Made by a program: the position numbers and the translations under genes. DNA of 64,000 nucleotides, taken from the NCBI GenBank assembly GCA_964276515.1, contig OZ193909.1:12338001-12402000 (forward strand). Direction: 5' to 3'. The notes under the pieces were generated by a model that searched no databases, was not told the origin of the DNA, and was given only the letters and a program-made list of their open reading frames with translations. The DNA comes from Gordius albopunctatus. Its lineage: Eukaryota. Positions 13,909 through 26,954 of the stretch are shown here, piece by piece (the first letter of the stretch is position 1; the number at the start of each line of letters is the position of its first letter).

Positions 13909-14593
13909 CTAGCTGTGCCCGGGCAAGCGTTGCTTTGGCTTAGTACTTATTTGGCTAAATAATTGGTACCTAGCAATAGGAAATATATGAAAAAATTTGG
14001 GTCAGCTGAAAGAGAGTTTGTGATGTGAAAAAATATATTTTTATATTATGCAAATAAATATTAACTTAATAAAAAAGGCATATTTATTATTAATTAAATA
14101 GATTTATAACAGTTTTAAATACTTATTAGGTAGCGATGTTTAGCGATAACATGCACAGTTGAGTTACAAAAGTGTTTATAAACCACTATTTTATTTATTT
14201 AAATTAAATAGTTTGTTAAACACCAATAATTTTGACCGTATACATCGTGTTACTACTGAGCCATTGTTCTTAAGTAGGTAATAAATCATTCCTCCCTTAT
14301 ACTAAACTTTAACTACCCAAAAAGCACATTATTATTTTTTGCATACTAAAATTCTTTGTACCCTTTATAACTTATAATAATTTGTCTGTTTTTGCAAATA
14401 TTTATTTATTTATATGGGGGGGGGAGAAATCAACCTAAGATAGATCCCAGCTATATAAAAATTTATAAAATAGCAAAAATTGACCTTTGATTGATTGACA
14501 GCTTATATTTAACACGGCTGGCATCTGTCATACTAAACCGGTAGTTTCAGAATTTAGCCCTTACATACATACGATTTACTTTATATATATAGA
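13909..14593 (-). mobile_element. Non-autonomous Helitron
   Basis: 5' TC at 14593 and 3' CTAG at 13909, A|T site; both terminal portions match the 28214-30696 copy. Confidence 0.85.
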
Positions 14594-14855
14594 TTAGCGG
14601 GCCTAAATTTATGGATATCGATTGTAAAGCATTGTGAAATAATATTTATGCGATTCGCCTTAAACAACATAAACTATTAATTAATCGGTTATGGATACTA
14701 TTAAAAGGATCATCATTTATTATATGAAATATACCCTTTGAAAAGTATGGCATATCATTTCTTTTTCAACACGCAATTCATACCACCGATTTTATCGGGC
14801 ATATTAACCATCGAGAGTACTTGTGAAAATCTCAATCCTGAGCAGAGGTGTGGGG

Positions 14856-17800
14856 TGCAGTATTTATTAAGGTATGGAATAATAACGGTAGAACAATCGT
14901 AATGTATTTAGAACCAAGGGAACATATGTAACATAGAAGGTATATATACACAAGGAACGCTTAACAATATATTACAATAGTCCCCCCTAAGTTAATAATA
15001 TTTTTCCTCGTATCTTCTTGGAGGTTGGCGTCGTCGCTGCGGTCGTGGACTAATTGCCGTGGTTACTTGTTCTCGTCCTTCTCTCTCCTCATCGGCCCCT
15101 ATCCAGTTCGTTACATTCCCCCATGCTCTTCTTAACTGGTCTGCATGCTTCCGCTTTACTCGCCCTTCAGCCCAGATGTCGTAAGACCAATCATTCTTTT
15201 TGCGATTCACTACTCCAGCGTGCCAACCTTTTTCCATTTCATTTTTTACCCACACTTTATCTCCTTCCTCAAAAGTACGATAAAGAGCCTTCCTATCGTG
15301 ATAGTATTTCTGCTTCCACATATTATCTACTGTAATCTCTCTCCCAGAACGACTTAGTTGGTCCAAGGAGGACCTTATTCTTCTTTTGAACATTAATTCA
15401 CTAGGGGACACGCTGGTAGTATTACGGGGAGTCAGTCTATAAGTCATCAAGACTTGAGCCATCGACTTTTATTCATCTCGGTTAGTTTTAAAAGTAACGT
15501 AAAACCGCATTTTTAAAGTTTTAATGAATCTTTCACATAAGCCATTAGATTTTGGGTGATATGGGGATGTCCGAACGTGCTTAATTACATTTGCTCTTGT
15601 GAAAATTGCGAATTCTTGTCCTGTAAATTGACCCCCATGGTCCGTGACTATGACCCTAGGCACTCCTAACCGTGCAAACCAATCCCGTAACGCCTTGATA
15701 ATTCCACCTGAATGTATCGAATTTAAAATCTTTACTTCTGGCCATTTCGAATACGCATTCATTAATACTAACCAATACTTTTGGTTAACTGGTCCAGCCA
15801 AATCGATATGTACGCGGTCCATTGGCTCCTCCGTAGTAGGCCATAAATATAAGGGAGATTCGGCCATATTCGGTCGCGTTTGTTGGCAGCTCTGACAACT
15901 GTCAACAAAATTTTCAATATCATCGTTAATATTTAGCCACCAACAATAAAATTTTGCTAGGTCGATCATGCCCGATATACCCGGATGTCCTGTGTGCAGA
16001 TTCTTGAGCACATCTTGTTTTAAATTTTCTGGGACCACTAACCGATTTTGCCAGTAGAGTAACTTGCGAATAGTTGCATCGTTGGCGGCTTTGCTCCAAT
16101 TGTAACGAATCATATCAATAACAGAATTTAATCTTGTATCCCTCCTTGTACCTTCCACCAACGTCTTCCTATCAAATTCTAAGTCCTCAATCATGTGTAT
16201 GTGAATGTCTTCACTGACATCTACAAGGGTAGGTAACGGAGATAATGAATCTGCTATTTGGTTCCTATCACCAGCCAGATATATACTCAACTTTAAAATC
16301 GTATGCCATTAATTTTGTACTCTATCTTTGTAATCGCAAGTTGCAATTATGGTGATGGCCTTGGCGACCAAATATATATTGTAAAGGTCGGTGATCTGTT
16401 CTTAGTAGGAATGTTCTCCCATATAGGTATTGATGAAATTTATTAACGGCAAATATGATACCTAAAGCTTCTTTATCGATAGTGGAATACTCCTTTTCTC
16501 CCGAGGTTAAAACTCTTGATGCATACGCTATGGGCTTTTCTTTCCCATCAGACTCAGCGTGCATTAGTACCAACCCCAGTCCTGTATCACATGCATCTGT
16601 ATATAACACTATTGGTTTATTTAGTGAATAAGGAACCACGCTATCTTCTTTTGATATTAGGGTCTTTAATTTATCAAAACATTCTTCTTCCTCTTTTCCC
16701 CATTCCCATTTAGAGTCCTTTTTTAGCAGATTGTGTAATATGACGCATTGTGGTTGAAGCATCGGTATAAATCTTCCTAAATAATTTAATAACCCTAAGA
16801 ATCCTTTGAGTTCAGATTTGTTTGCTGGTCTTTTGCAGTTCCTTAAGGCCAAAACTTTCTCTTCCGTAGGTTGAATGCCTTTAGAGCTAATTTTATGACC
16901 TAAATAGACAACGGAATCTTTAAGGAACTTTACTTTACTCGGGGTTGTAGTTATTCCTACTTCTTCAAAACGTTTTAATACTTCTTTTATATTTGACACA
17001 TGTTGTTCGTCATTTATTCCCGTTATTATAATGTCATCTATGAATACTGCCGTGTTGGGAATTCCATATAAAAGGTTGCTTATATACCTTTGAAATATTA
17101 AAGGGGCAACCTTGATTCCAAATGGAAGTCTGCGATAACGATATAATCCTATGTGTGTTGCAATTGTAAGTAACTCTGCACTCCGTTCCGACATTTTCAA
17201 CTGCAAAAATGCGTCTTTTAAATCAATGACGGTAAATTTATTACCTACAATCAATTTTGCTGTAACATCTTCAAACGTAGGCAATGTATCATCCCCAATA
17301 TCATACAAATAATCGTTTAATGTAACTTTGAAGTCTCCGCATATCCTAATTGATTTCTCTTTCTTATAACGATTTACGGTAGGTGTGCACCATTGAATTT
17401 CAGCATTTAATTCCACTTTTTCGATTACTCCTTCTTCCAATAGCCTTTTAATTTCTTTTTCAATGGCCTCCCTCATTGGAAAAGGTACCCTACACGGAGG
17501 CAAACTTATAGGCCTATAAGGAGTTTTTAAATGTAAATCTACAAAAAAATTGTTTACTACGCCTAATTTCTCTGAAAATAGTTTTGGAAATCGATCAATC
17601 AAATTTTCTAACCTGATTTGTCGAATAAAATGTTTTCTGGCAATTGAAATCCAATTTTTAAAATTTCAGGTAACCCTAATATTAAGTCACGTTCATTGAC
17701 TACTATCACATAGATGTCAAAACATTTATCATTAATTTGCCCTTTTACTAAAAACCTACCTAAGGTTTTGATATTATAATTCCCATAACCTAATATGTTA

Positions 17801-18788
17801 GGATATGTTGTTAACACGGGCTGACCTATCTCTATCCAAGTCTGCTTGTCTATTACCGTAGCCTGAGCAGCTGTATCAAACTCAAAATTATAAGGTTTCC
17901 CATTTAAATTTGCTCTAACCAACGCTCTATTGATTTTATAAGTTTTAATACATTTAATGTAATTTTTATCATTTCCTCTATTTACATAATTCCCATCCAT
18001 TTCCTTATTGAAATTCTTAAATTTATAATGAGAATTATTTTTATTTAAATAACAAAATCTTGCTATGTGACCTTTTTTCCTGCAATTAAAACATATCAAC
18101 TCACCATAGTTATTATTATTATTTTCACCTTTAGAAATTTTATTAATATCATTATGTATAACTTTATCCTCCACTTCATTCCTAGCTCTTTCATAACTTA
18201 TAGCTAATTCATATACAGTTTTAAATTTTAGCTTTTCATCCCCATCTTTACCTTCTGGAAACCTAATTCTGATTTCATTTTCTACTCTGCTATTGTCTAA
18301 ATTCAATAAAAACCCATCTCTTAACATTTGTTATTAACCCCTTAAGTTTTTGAGCATACTCCTCAATTGAATCTGTACCTCTCCTACATCTTAAAAAGTT
18401 TAATCTATAAAAAAAAATAGAATTTTTACTTTTAAATAATAATTTTAGATTAGTTACTAATTCCTCAAAATTGCATTCATTAATAAGCTTAGGGTATACC
18501 TTAATCTTTAATTTCTTCAGTGTAGGGAGGTCAATGAATGTTGTGAGGTATTTCAATTTGTTCTCCGCCGCGACTTCTTTAATATCCATGGCATTCTCAA
18601 ATACCATTAGCCAGTCATTAAGATCAACCTGATCAGAGAATTCCTCTATTTTGACAAGCGCCATTGTAGTATTTATTAAGGTATAGAATAATAACGGTAG
18701 AACAATCGTAATGTATTTAGAACCAAGGGAACATATGTAACATATAAGTATATATATATACACAAGGAACGCTTAACAATATATTACA
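14856..18788 (-). mobile_element. Ty3/Gypsy LTR retrotransposon (Mag-like), full structure, disrupted ORFs
   Basis: LTRs 14856-14976 and 18665-18788 (TG..CA), TSD tgggg/tgggg, PBS tggcgc, PPT aggggggac. Gag CCHC (CFNCRKKGHIARFC), protease FDTAA, RT FIDD, RNase H TDAC..TDHRPL, integrase HTGHPG..C..C and DDE, in PR-RT-RH-IN order, with frameshifts and stops. Confidence 0.95.
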
Positions 18789-18799
18789 TGGGGTATATC

Positions 18800-19911
18800 T
18801 AGAGCCCTGCAAAATGAAAATTTTTCTGCCCGAGCCCGGCCCGACATCTTAGTTTTTATTTTGCCCCAACCCGAACGACTTTTTATTTTTCGGCCCGACC
18901 CTATTTTTCAAATAGAAAATTAAAAAAAAATATTTTAAAATTTTTGAAAATTATTTCACCATATAAATACATAAACATTAAATTGTTTTTACTCGTAATT
19001 TACAAGTAGGATAAGTTTAAAATAAAATTTTCATTTTCACTCGCTACAATTTATTCAACTAAATGGATATCTAACTATTTAAAATATATTTACCTAACAG
19101 TTCCAGAAAAAACACTTTTTAAAATATTTCTTTATTTTAATTCTAATGTAACGGCTACTAGGAATATATTTAAATACCAGAATAAGAGTTGCAATTTAGG
19201 CCAAAATATTTTAATAGACAGGGGAAAAAAGCTGACGTGGAAATATTATGTATGGTGTACGAAGATAAAATTTTTTAATATCTAGTTGAGTTTGTTTAGA
19301 TCATATTTTATAAAAGATTAGTCTGCCTTAGTCAATTCGGGCCGGGCTCGCAGGCTCGACCCGAGCTCCGATCGGGTTTCGGGCCGGGCTCGGGCAAAAT
19401 TTTATAATATAATAGGGCTCGGGTCGGGCCTGATGTGGCGGCCCGGCCTGTTGAACTAAAACAAATTAATCTCTTATAAAATAAGATTTAAATAAAATTC
19501 GATATTAAATAATTATTTTTTGCACACGGTACATTATATAGCTTCCAAACTTTAGCTTTTTCCCTTGTCTATTATTATATAACTGACCTGAATTGCAAAT
19601 CTTATTCTAGTATTTAAATAGATTTATAGTAGCTGTTACAACTTTAGAAATAAGATAAGTAAATATTTCAAAAGGTTTTTGTTTTTTTGAACTGTTAAAA
19701 ATATAAATTGCATAGCAATTAATATATTATAAAGTTAAATTTTTAGCTTTAAATGATTAACCGAATAAATTATAACGAGTGAAAATTTTTTATTTCAAAC
19801 TTATCCTAGTTGTAAATACGCTCAAAAATTTTATTTAAAATATCGGGTCGGGCCAAAAATAAAAAAATCTTTCGGGCTCGGGCAGAAGAAATTTCATTTT
19901 GCAGGGCTCTA
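18800..19911. mobile_element. Non-autonomous hAT element (TAGAGCCCTGCA TIR)
   Basis: tagagccctgcaaaatgaaa ... tttcattttgcagggctcta; imperfect 8-bp TSD ggtatatc/agtacatc. Confidence 0.8.
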
Positions 19912-20408
19912 AGTACATCAATAAAAATTATAAAAAGTTTTTTTTTAAAAAAGGTTTAAAAAATATAAAACATGCTTTTTAAATAAAAGGATTTGGCAAA
20001 AATTATAAGAATGCAAAAATGTTTTTCGGATTGTTGCTAATTTTAAAAGTACCCTCTGGCTGAGAGCCTGCATATAATTCTAAATTATATGTATAAAAAG
20101 TTTTTGCTTGCACAACAAAATAGATTTGAGGCCATATTTGTTAGGCTTGTTTGAAATATAGTCCTTAGGTCAAGGCAATCATAAAAGAGTATATTTATAG
20201 CAGCTAATTACAATAATTACATTTATTTAAGCATCAAAGTATTTAAAAACTAAGTTAAAACCCATTATCAAAATATAATGTATTTTCAAGGGGATTGTTA
20301 ATTTTCTACTAACTTGTTGCATATTAAAAAAACTCTACAACAATATAAGGGTTTATTAATTATATCATTGAAAAATATAATTTTGTACAATTAACAAAAT
20401 GTGCCAGC

Positions 20409-21770
20409 TTATTCAGCTGATTTAATATTTGGACGTAATCTTTTGTTAGTAGGTTTCAAACGTCTTTTCTTAATTTGTTTATCTTGTTTCAAAATTTGAT
20501 TTGTTAGTTTGTTTTTTCTAAAAATAATAACTTTATAAACTATAAAATTAATACTGTTTTTGAGCATGTAGTTCATTAAGCTGCTTGATTTCATCAGTTG
20601 TTTTAGTGATGTATTGATGGAAAAGTACTTTTCCTTCACAAAGTCCTTCTTCGATTTTAACCAATTTAAGATCTAAGCGTGGACCTATTTCAATTAATCT
20701 ATTAATAATATAAAAGTGAATTTTATTTTTTTAATACCTTATGGCACTTTGATGTGATTTTAAATTCCCTTTTCCAGATATATTTTGAGGAAGGGTAAGG
20801 TGTGAATCTGGTGCATCTAATTCACCTTCACTTTCAGAGGCTTGTTCCCTAACAGTTTATAAATTTGTATAAGAGTGAAACCATACTTTATAAAATAGTC
20901 ATGTATATCATTATAATCAGACATATTTGGAATTTTTTTGCCTTTGATGATCTTTTTCAGATTTTTATTGATACCATAAGGGTTAACTTTCAGCGAATAA
21001 TGCCTCAAGTATATACATTCATTTTCTGTATCATATTTAATAAGCAAACATCTTTTGACTTGGTTCAAGTTTATCTACTTTATTAAAATGTGTTTGTAAA
21101 AATAAATACCTTTAAAACATCTATAGATGGAATCATGTTTTGGAACATTGATGACATAATTTTATGGTGCATAATTGAATCTTTAAACCCACTTAAAATT
21201 AGCAATGGATGATGAGAGTAAATAGATTTGGTTCTTAAAAAAATATTTATATTATTATATATACAAAAGATGAGATAGTTAAATAGCATAATGATATGTT
21301 TACAATGTATTCCTCTATTTTATTAACTAATAAAATATTTTACTTAATGGGTTTTTTGATAAATTGTGCTACTTCTTTTGCCAAACTTGTTGAAAGAATT
21401 TTAAAGGATAAAGTGGGTCCATGAGGAGTTCTAAAAATACGCACATTATGTGAGTTTTCTGTACGTGAGAAGCTCATTATGTGACTAACATGAAATGTCC
21501 CAGCAATCGATAAAAAATCTTTTAAGGAATTGGATGGTTTGACCTAAAAATGTTAAAATCAACTGTTAATTATACTTTCAAATTAGTAGCAGTATAGGGT
21601 TCAAATATATTTCGGGTATCTTTTATAAGTTCTCTTAACTTAGTTCCAACGGCTCCTCTATTTATAACAATGACGTGTGGTGCTTTAACTAATTCTTCAT
21701 CTTCAACCAAGTTACCACTATCGCATTTTTGCGACTTTATAGCGCTTTTGCTTCGCTTTCGCTTGCCCAT
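20409..21770 (-). CDS. PPAN: Peter pan / SSF1 Brix-domain ribosome biogenesis protein, 7 exons
   Basis: KAPHVIVINRG..FEPYTATNLK; NSLKDF..TPHGPTLSF; SMFQNMIPSI; KRCLL..LRHY; LPQ..SAIRLIEIGPRLDLKLVKIEEGLCEGKVLFH. GT-AG introns of 32, 110, 35, 38, 39 and 37 nt. Confidence 0.95.
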
Positions 21771-21986
21771 TGAGATATCTGCAGATTAATACGAAATTTT
21801 TTTAGACATGTCGTCAATGTCGAGCTTATGATAATTTATTTAAATTAAATTTATTGTCTTTCAGACATATATAATTTGTAATATAAAATACAAAATAATT
21901 AATTTTTTAAGAGAAATTTCTCTCATATAAATAAAATCAAATATTTTGAGAACAAAATTTTGTCTGCTCCTAAGATGATGCTAATG

Positions 21987-22264
21987 TGTATGTTGCGTCA
22001 ATTGACTTAATTGTCTCATTTACATTACCTTACTACTTCACGACGTTAATTGACCAATCAAGCATACCTGGCGGAGACACCACTAAATTGATTTATTTAT
22101 ACCTCGCGTAATTGATTTATTTATAGACACCACTAAACTTGATTGATTTATTCAATTAATTCACGAGTATATAAAAGGAGTTTAAAACTCTTATTACTCA
22201 CTTACTTTTCTTCCAACGATTTAATTCATATTATACAATAAAGTAATTAATACTTTATCCTACA
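21987..22264 (+). mobile_element. Probable solo LTR
   Basis: tgtatg...cctaca termini, TATA box (tatataaaagg), AATAAA, internal repeat agacaccactaaa x2; flanks taatg/taata (4 of 5 match). Confidence 0.6.
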
Positions 22265-23459
22265 TAATATTTTTTCTCGAAATGTATATGCAATATATAT
22301 AATTGAAAATTCATCTAATTTTACCTAAGATTGGCCTACAATTAACTACAACTATATTGTTAAAGTTGGCTCTAGATTGAATTTGATGCTAAAGTTAGAG
22401 ATAGATTTCGGGGGGGGGGGTGTTAAGAAATATTGTCATTAATATTCCAATTTATGATAGTACCCTATGTATTTTGCATATCCTTTTTTATTTATGCATT
22501 ATTTACAAGTGCCTGACTCTTTTTAAGTTTTTCTCCTCGTTCGCTGATGAAAATAAAATTTAATAAAACACAAAACTTTGCGTATTTAAACCCTTCAATC
22601 TCACATAACAGAGCAATTAAAATAAGAGCCACACACGTGATCAATAAAAACTTGTTATTGTTAGTTAAGAGAACGACAAAATAATTTAAGATTGAAATAA
22701 TTACATAGCTTGATTATTGCAAAAAGCTGGAATTTTATTATTACACCGTTTATTTATAGCGCATTTTTAAATTTTTTAGTCGTGTATGTAATTTTTTGTA
22801 TACCATTTAATAGAGACTTTGAAAAAATGTGAATTAATCAAAAATTTATAAAAATTTGGTTAATATTTTTTCTTTTTATAAATTAATACAAGTTTGACAA
22901 GTTGCTTATATATTTAAAATAGCACATAATAGGTTAGCATACAAAGTTGTTTGTGAAAAGTGTTTAATTTACAGCGTTTACCTCAACTTTTGCACTTCGT
23001 ATGGATCTCCTGCACACTAGTAGGAGAGAAAAGGGGTAATCAATCATAGCGTCTAACATGAATCGCTCATTCCTTCTCTCCCCTTCGCATTTAACACACT
23101 CCTTCCCCAACCTTACATCTTATTTTGCAACTCATACACCATATTTCGCACTTTTTTATAAAATGGTCGTTTTTTGTATAAATTTGTGATTTTTTTTTCG
23201 AATTTTATCTAGTATAGTTTAAATTAATTAAACTTAAATTTTTTAATGATTATTTTTTTAATTTAAAGTTTATTCAACCTAAAAATGAAATTTTGTCATG
23301 TATACATTTATTGTAGAAAAAATAATGTAAAATACAATAAAATATGCATATATAAAACAAAAGAAAATCATGTAAAATTTAATAATCAATATTTTCATTA
23401 TTCAAACACGGGTCAATATATATTTTTACATAGGGTTAATGAATTTCGAAAAAACTGGA

Positions 23460-23727
23460 TATTTAACTTTTTAAAATATTTAAGTAACAGCTACTATGAA
23501 TATATTCAAATACTAGAATAAGGTTTGCAATTTAGGTCAAAATATTATAACAGACAGGGGAAAAAGCTGATACTTGGATATATTATTTATGGTGTACGAA
23601 GATAATTATTTAATATCGAGTTGAGTTTGTTTAAATCATATTTTATAAAAGATTAGTTTGCTTTAGTCAATTCGGGCGGGGATCGGGATTGTACCCGATT
23701 GGGTCGGGCGGCCCGTGCAGGGCTCTA
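23460..23727. mobile_element. Partial hAT MITE (right end), similar to 19150-19350
   Basis: Shared body (acaggg.aaaaagctga...tggtgtacgaagata...ttagtcaattcgggc) and terminal tgcagggctcta. Confidence 0.75.
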
Positions 23728-24629
23728 CCTATAACAGCATTGAGTTCTTCCAGTGTAATTTTATCTTGTGTTCTTTGGTTGCTAAATTTCACTATACTTT
23801 TAACCACAGCTGAAATAAGTAATTTAAAATAAACAAGAGGAGCTTTGGCTGCCCGTCCATATGGTTTTACTCCAGGTAAATGGAATACAAAATTCCATTT
23901 CCTTGTTCTAACATTATTATTAAGACAATTTTTGTGCCACTATTGACTTTCCCTTTTAAATATATTATATAATAAAAGCTACTAAGTTACTTACCATAAA
24001 AGTAACTATTTTTGTTAGACATATCAATTAACTCCTCTTCATCTTCTGTTAACTCACTCTCAGATTCATGACTACTCATGTAGATGTAATCATCAGAATC
24101 ATCGATTAAATGTTAGGTTATGTTTATACACTATCTTCATCTTCAGACAAAGAACTATCAAAATATCGCACTTGTCAAGATAAGACATATTAAAAAATCA
24201 AAAAATGCGGGAAAAATCACACAAATAAGTACTTTGAAATACAACGAAGAAAAATTAACATGTTAAGACTTTATTTTAAAATTTGTATATTTTAAATAAT
24301 AAGAAATGTATTAAAAATAGTTCTTCACAAATGGGTTTACAATAATGGGTTATGTTAATATATTTTTAAAAAAGTTGAAATTTTTTTTTCTTATTATGTA
24401 AGGTGCACTAAAACACTCTACATCTTAGAAACTACTGGATAAAAACTAGCCAAAATTTTTAGAGATATTCTAGGGTAAATTTTGTTAAGCTACTGAAAAA
24501 TGAAATAATAATATTCACTAACTTATTTTGTACATCATTTTTAAAAGGCTTGGGGTCCTCAGGACCCCATCCGACCGACGAAGTGTTCGGTGGTTACTAA
24601 TCAAAATAATTAGATAAATTTGTCTAGAA

Positions 24630-24742
24630 TGGCTCAAGATTTTTAAAGCACCCCAGAAACTTCAGTGCCTGCCGAACATTTGTTTCGTAATAGATTAAAG
24701 CAAGAGTCTGTTAGGAAATTGCTATGCTTATACTCATGGTAC
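24630..24742 (+). pseudogene. hAT transposase C-terminal dimerisation fragment
   Basis: P.TSVPAEHLF..RNRLKQESVRKLLCLYSW. Confidence 0.55.
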
Positions 24743-24924
24743 ATCTTTAAAATTCTCGAACCACATATTACATTATGCATTTAATTTGGCATCTGCATTA
24801 TTTTGAATAGATTACTCATGTCATATGTTTTATAAAATGTGTACCATTAAATCCTCCATTTTGAATTTAACTATCTCCCATGCTTTCTGCAGTGTATCCA
24901 ATTGTTAAAACAGAAAAAGTGAAT

Positions 24925-26037
24925 TTACCTCTTTATAATTGCGATGGATCTAATAATGAAGAGATCCACACTTCCGACAGATGGTATCAAACTAAACGGC
25001 ACTACTCTATCATCCCTGTTGTTCGCAGACGACATTTGTCTAGTGGCCCCTTCTATCTCCAAAGCACAACTAATGTTAGACAGGTTCAGCATCCAAGCCA
25101 AGCAAGCAGGACTGCTTATAAACCCCAAAAAATGCTCTATGATATGCATAAACGATCCCTCGAACTCTACTCTGGTAATCAACAACATCGTAATAAATGC
25201 ATCTCAAAAAGTCCGATATTTGGGAGTGGAGCTTACTCCAGATACCTACGCCGAAGCGGATGCCGAATCGAAGCTCCGCCGGACCATGGTCAAATTCTAC
25301 TCTTGCTCGGTGATATGGCGCTCACGTCAACTGACGCTCCAGACGCGTTTGAGGATTTTCAAAGTCACGTTCCTACCAATCCTCCTATACGGTTGCGAAT
25401 CTTGGTCGCTGAAGGCTCCTAGCTTAAAGAAACTGCAAGTCAGTCTTAATAAAATGCTACGTATCGTTTGCCGGATATTTTATCCGTTGAGAATAACCAA
25501 CGAGGATCTATGGGTGCGTTGCAAAATCGCTCCAATTAAAAATATTCTACTCGCGAGAAAATGGGGTTTTTTGGCTCATCAAGTGCGGAGGAAGGGAACC
25601 AACTACTGTCTATCTTCCCTTCTGGTGTCCACCTCAGCTAAAAGGTCGCAAATGCAATGGCAGCTGGCTTTACAAGGTGTTCCGCGATGTCCAAACAATG
25701 GGTCATGATTGGAATTTATTGCTGCCCATCATGCAAGACAGGAAACGTTGGAAAGACTTCTCAAAGAACAAATTATTGCGGCTCCCCCAGTAAGGATCTT
25801 CTCATGCACTATTCATTTACGACCTTGCATTAAAGGCTTTACATTACTTTCAAGTCAACAGGTATTACATATTTACATGTCATAATTACACTGCATGTTA
25901 ATCATTTTTTTACAGCCTACTTACACACGTTATCACTAACGTGGCCTGATGCGCCATTTGGCGTTAGAAGGGGCTCAACCTTAGATTGCACTAACTAAGC
26001 TCTTGGGCGTCTTCGCGGCAAACTTACTTACTTACTT
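24925..26037 (+). mobile_element. 5'-truncated LINE (RTE-like RT C-terminal half plus 3' UTR)
   Basis: LLFADD, GLLINPKK, VRYLG, LP.LLYGCESW; 3' tail (ACTT)n at ~26022-26037. Confidence 0.88.
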
Positions 26038-26668
26038 CCTCATTAGCTAACAAATAAAAAAGGAATGCTAATAAATGATTATTTAATAAAATGGAGATAC
26101 CACTAAATTGCTTTAACATCCCATTTTCACAGTATTTTTTTTATTTTAATGATTTTTGTAAATGATATATATTTTCTAGTGCTGTTTTAGATGTTTAACT
26201 AGCTCAATGTTTTTATATTAAATTTTAAAAACACTTTTATTACCCAAAATTATCTATAGGTCCTCCCTTTAGTTCTGCACATTCCTAAAAGGCGGAAGAA
26301 CTGTACACTTATATTTAAAATTTATGAGCAGTCTATCTATTCTATGATTATTTCACACATCAAAAAGGTGACAGGTACATTATAATCCCCCAAATTTTCT
26401 GTAAATGTGGCAATTTCGCAATATACTAAAATGAATGAGCGATAGTAAATGATTATTATTATTATATGGCAAAATTAATTTAAAAAATGGATAAATTAAA
26501 TATTTTGGGACGTAATATGGGGTCTTACATTATAATACTCGTTCACCTTTTTAATTTAAAAGCATTTGTGTTAAAATTGTAGCGTACAATTTATTGAAAA
26601 CTTTAAAACACTTATGTTTCTATTCCAGTAATAAGTTTACTTTTATTGGTGTTTTTACAACCTTGTAA

Positions 26669-26882
26669 TGTATGTAGTCACTAATTATTTATATTATGAA
26701 TAATGATAAAAACTATTCACTCACACCTTTTAGGTTTCTATAACAATATAATAAATACGCGATACCTTCTTTAGGAAGGAACTAAGAAACGGTTATATCA
26801 CAGCCTCCTGTCTTAAGTTTATTTATCTACTGGCATTACCTATTCCATCAATGCTAACTAAGGGTCCCTGCTAGTTTAAACA
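26669..26882. mobile_element. Probable solo LTR
   Basis: TG...CA ends flanked by a perfect 5-bp repeat tgtaa (26664-26668 / 26883-26887); TATA-like core. Confidence 0.55.
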
Positions 26883-26954
26883 TGTAAATGATATATAATT
26901 ATGTAATACCAATCCTTTGAATTCGAATTTGTTTATTTATATAGTAATTAAAAT

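Noticed and set aside
15054..16713. Plus-strand ORFs inside the LTR element (and similar antisense ORFs in the LINEs and Sola2)
   Set aside because: Shadow frames antisense to real TE coding sequence.
22950..24590. Possible piggyBac relic (acidic N-terminal-like stretch; ggggtc..gacccc palindrome at ~24552)
   Set aside because: No TTAA-bounded TIR pair or catalytic motifs could be established.
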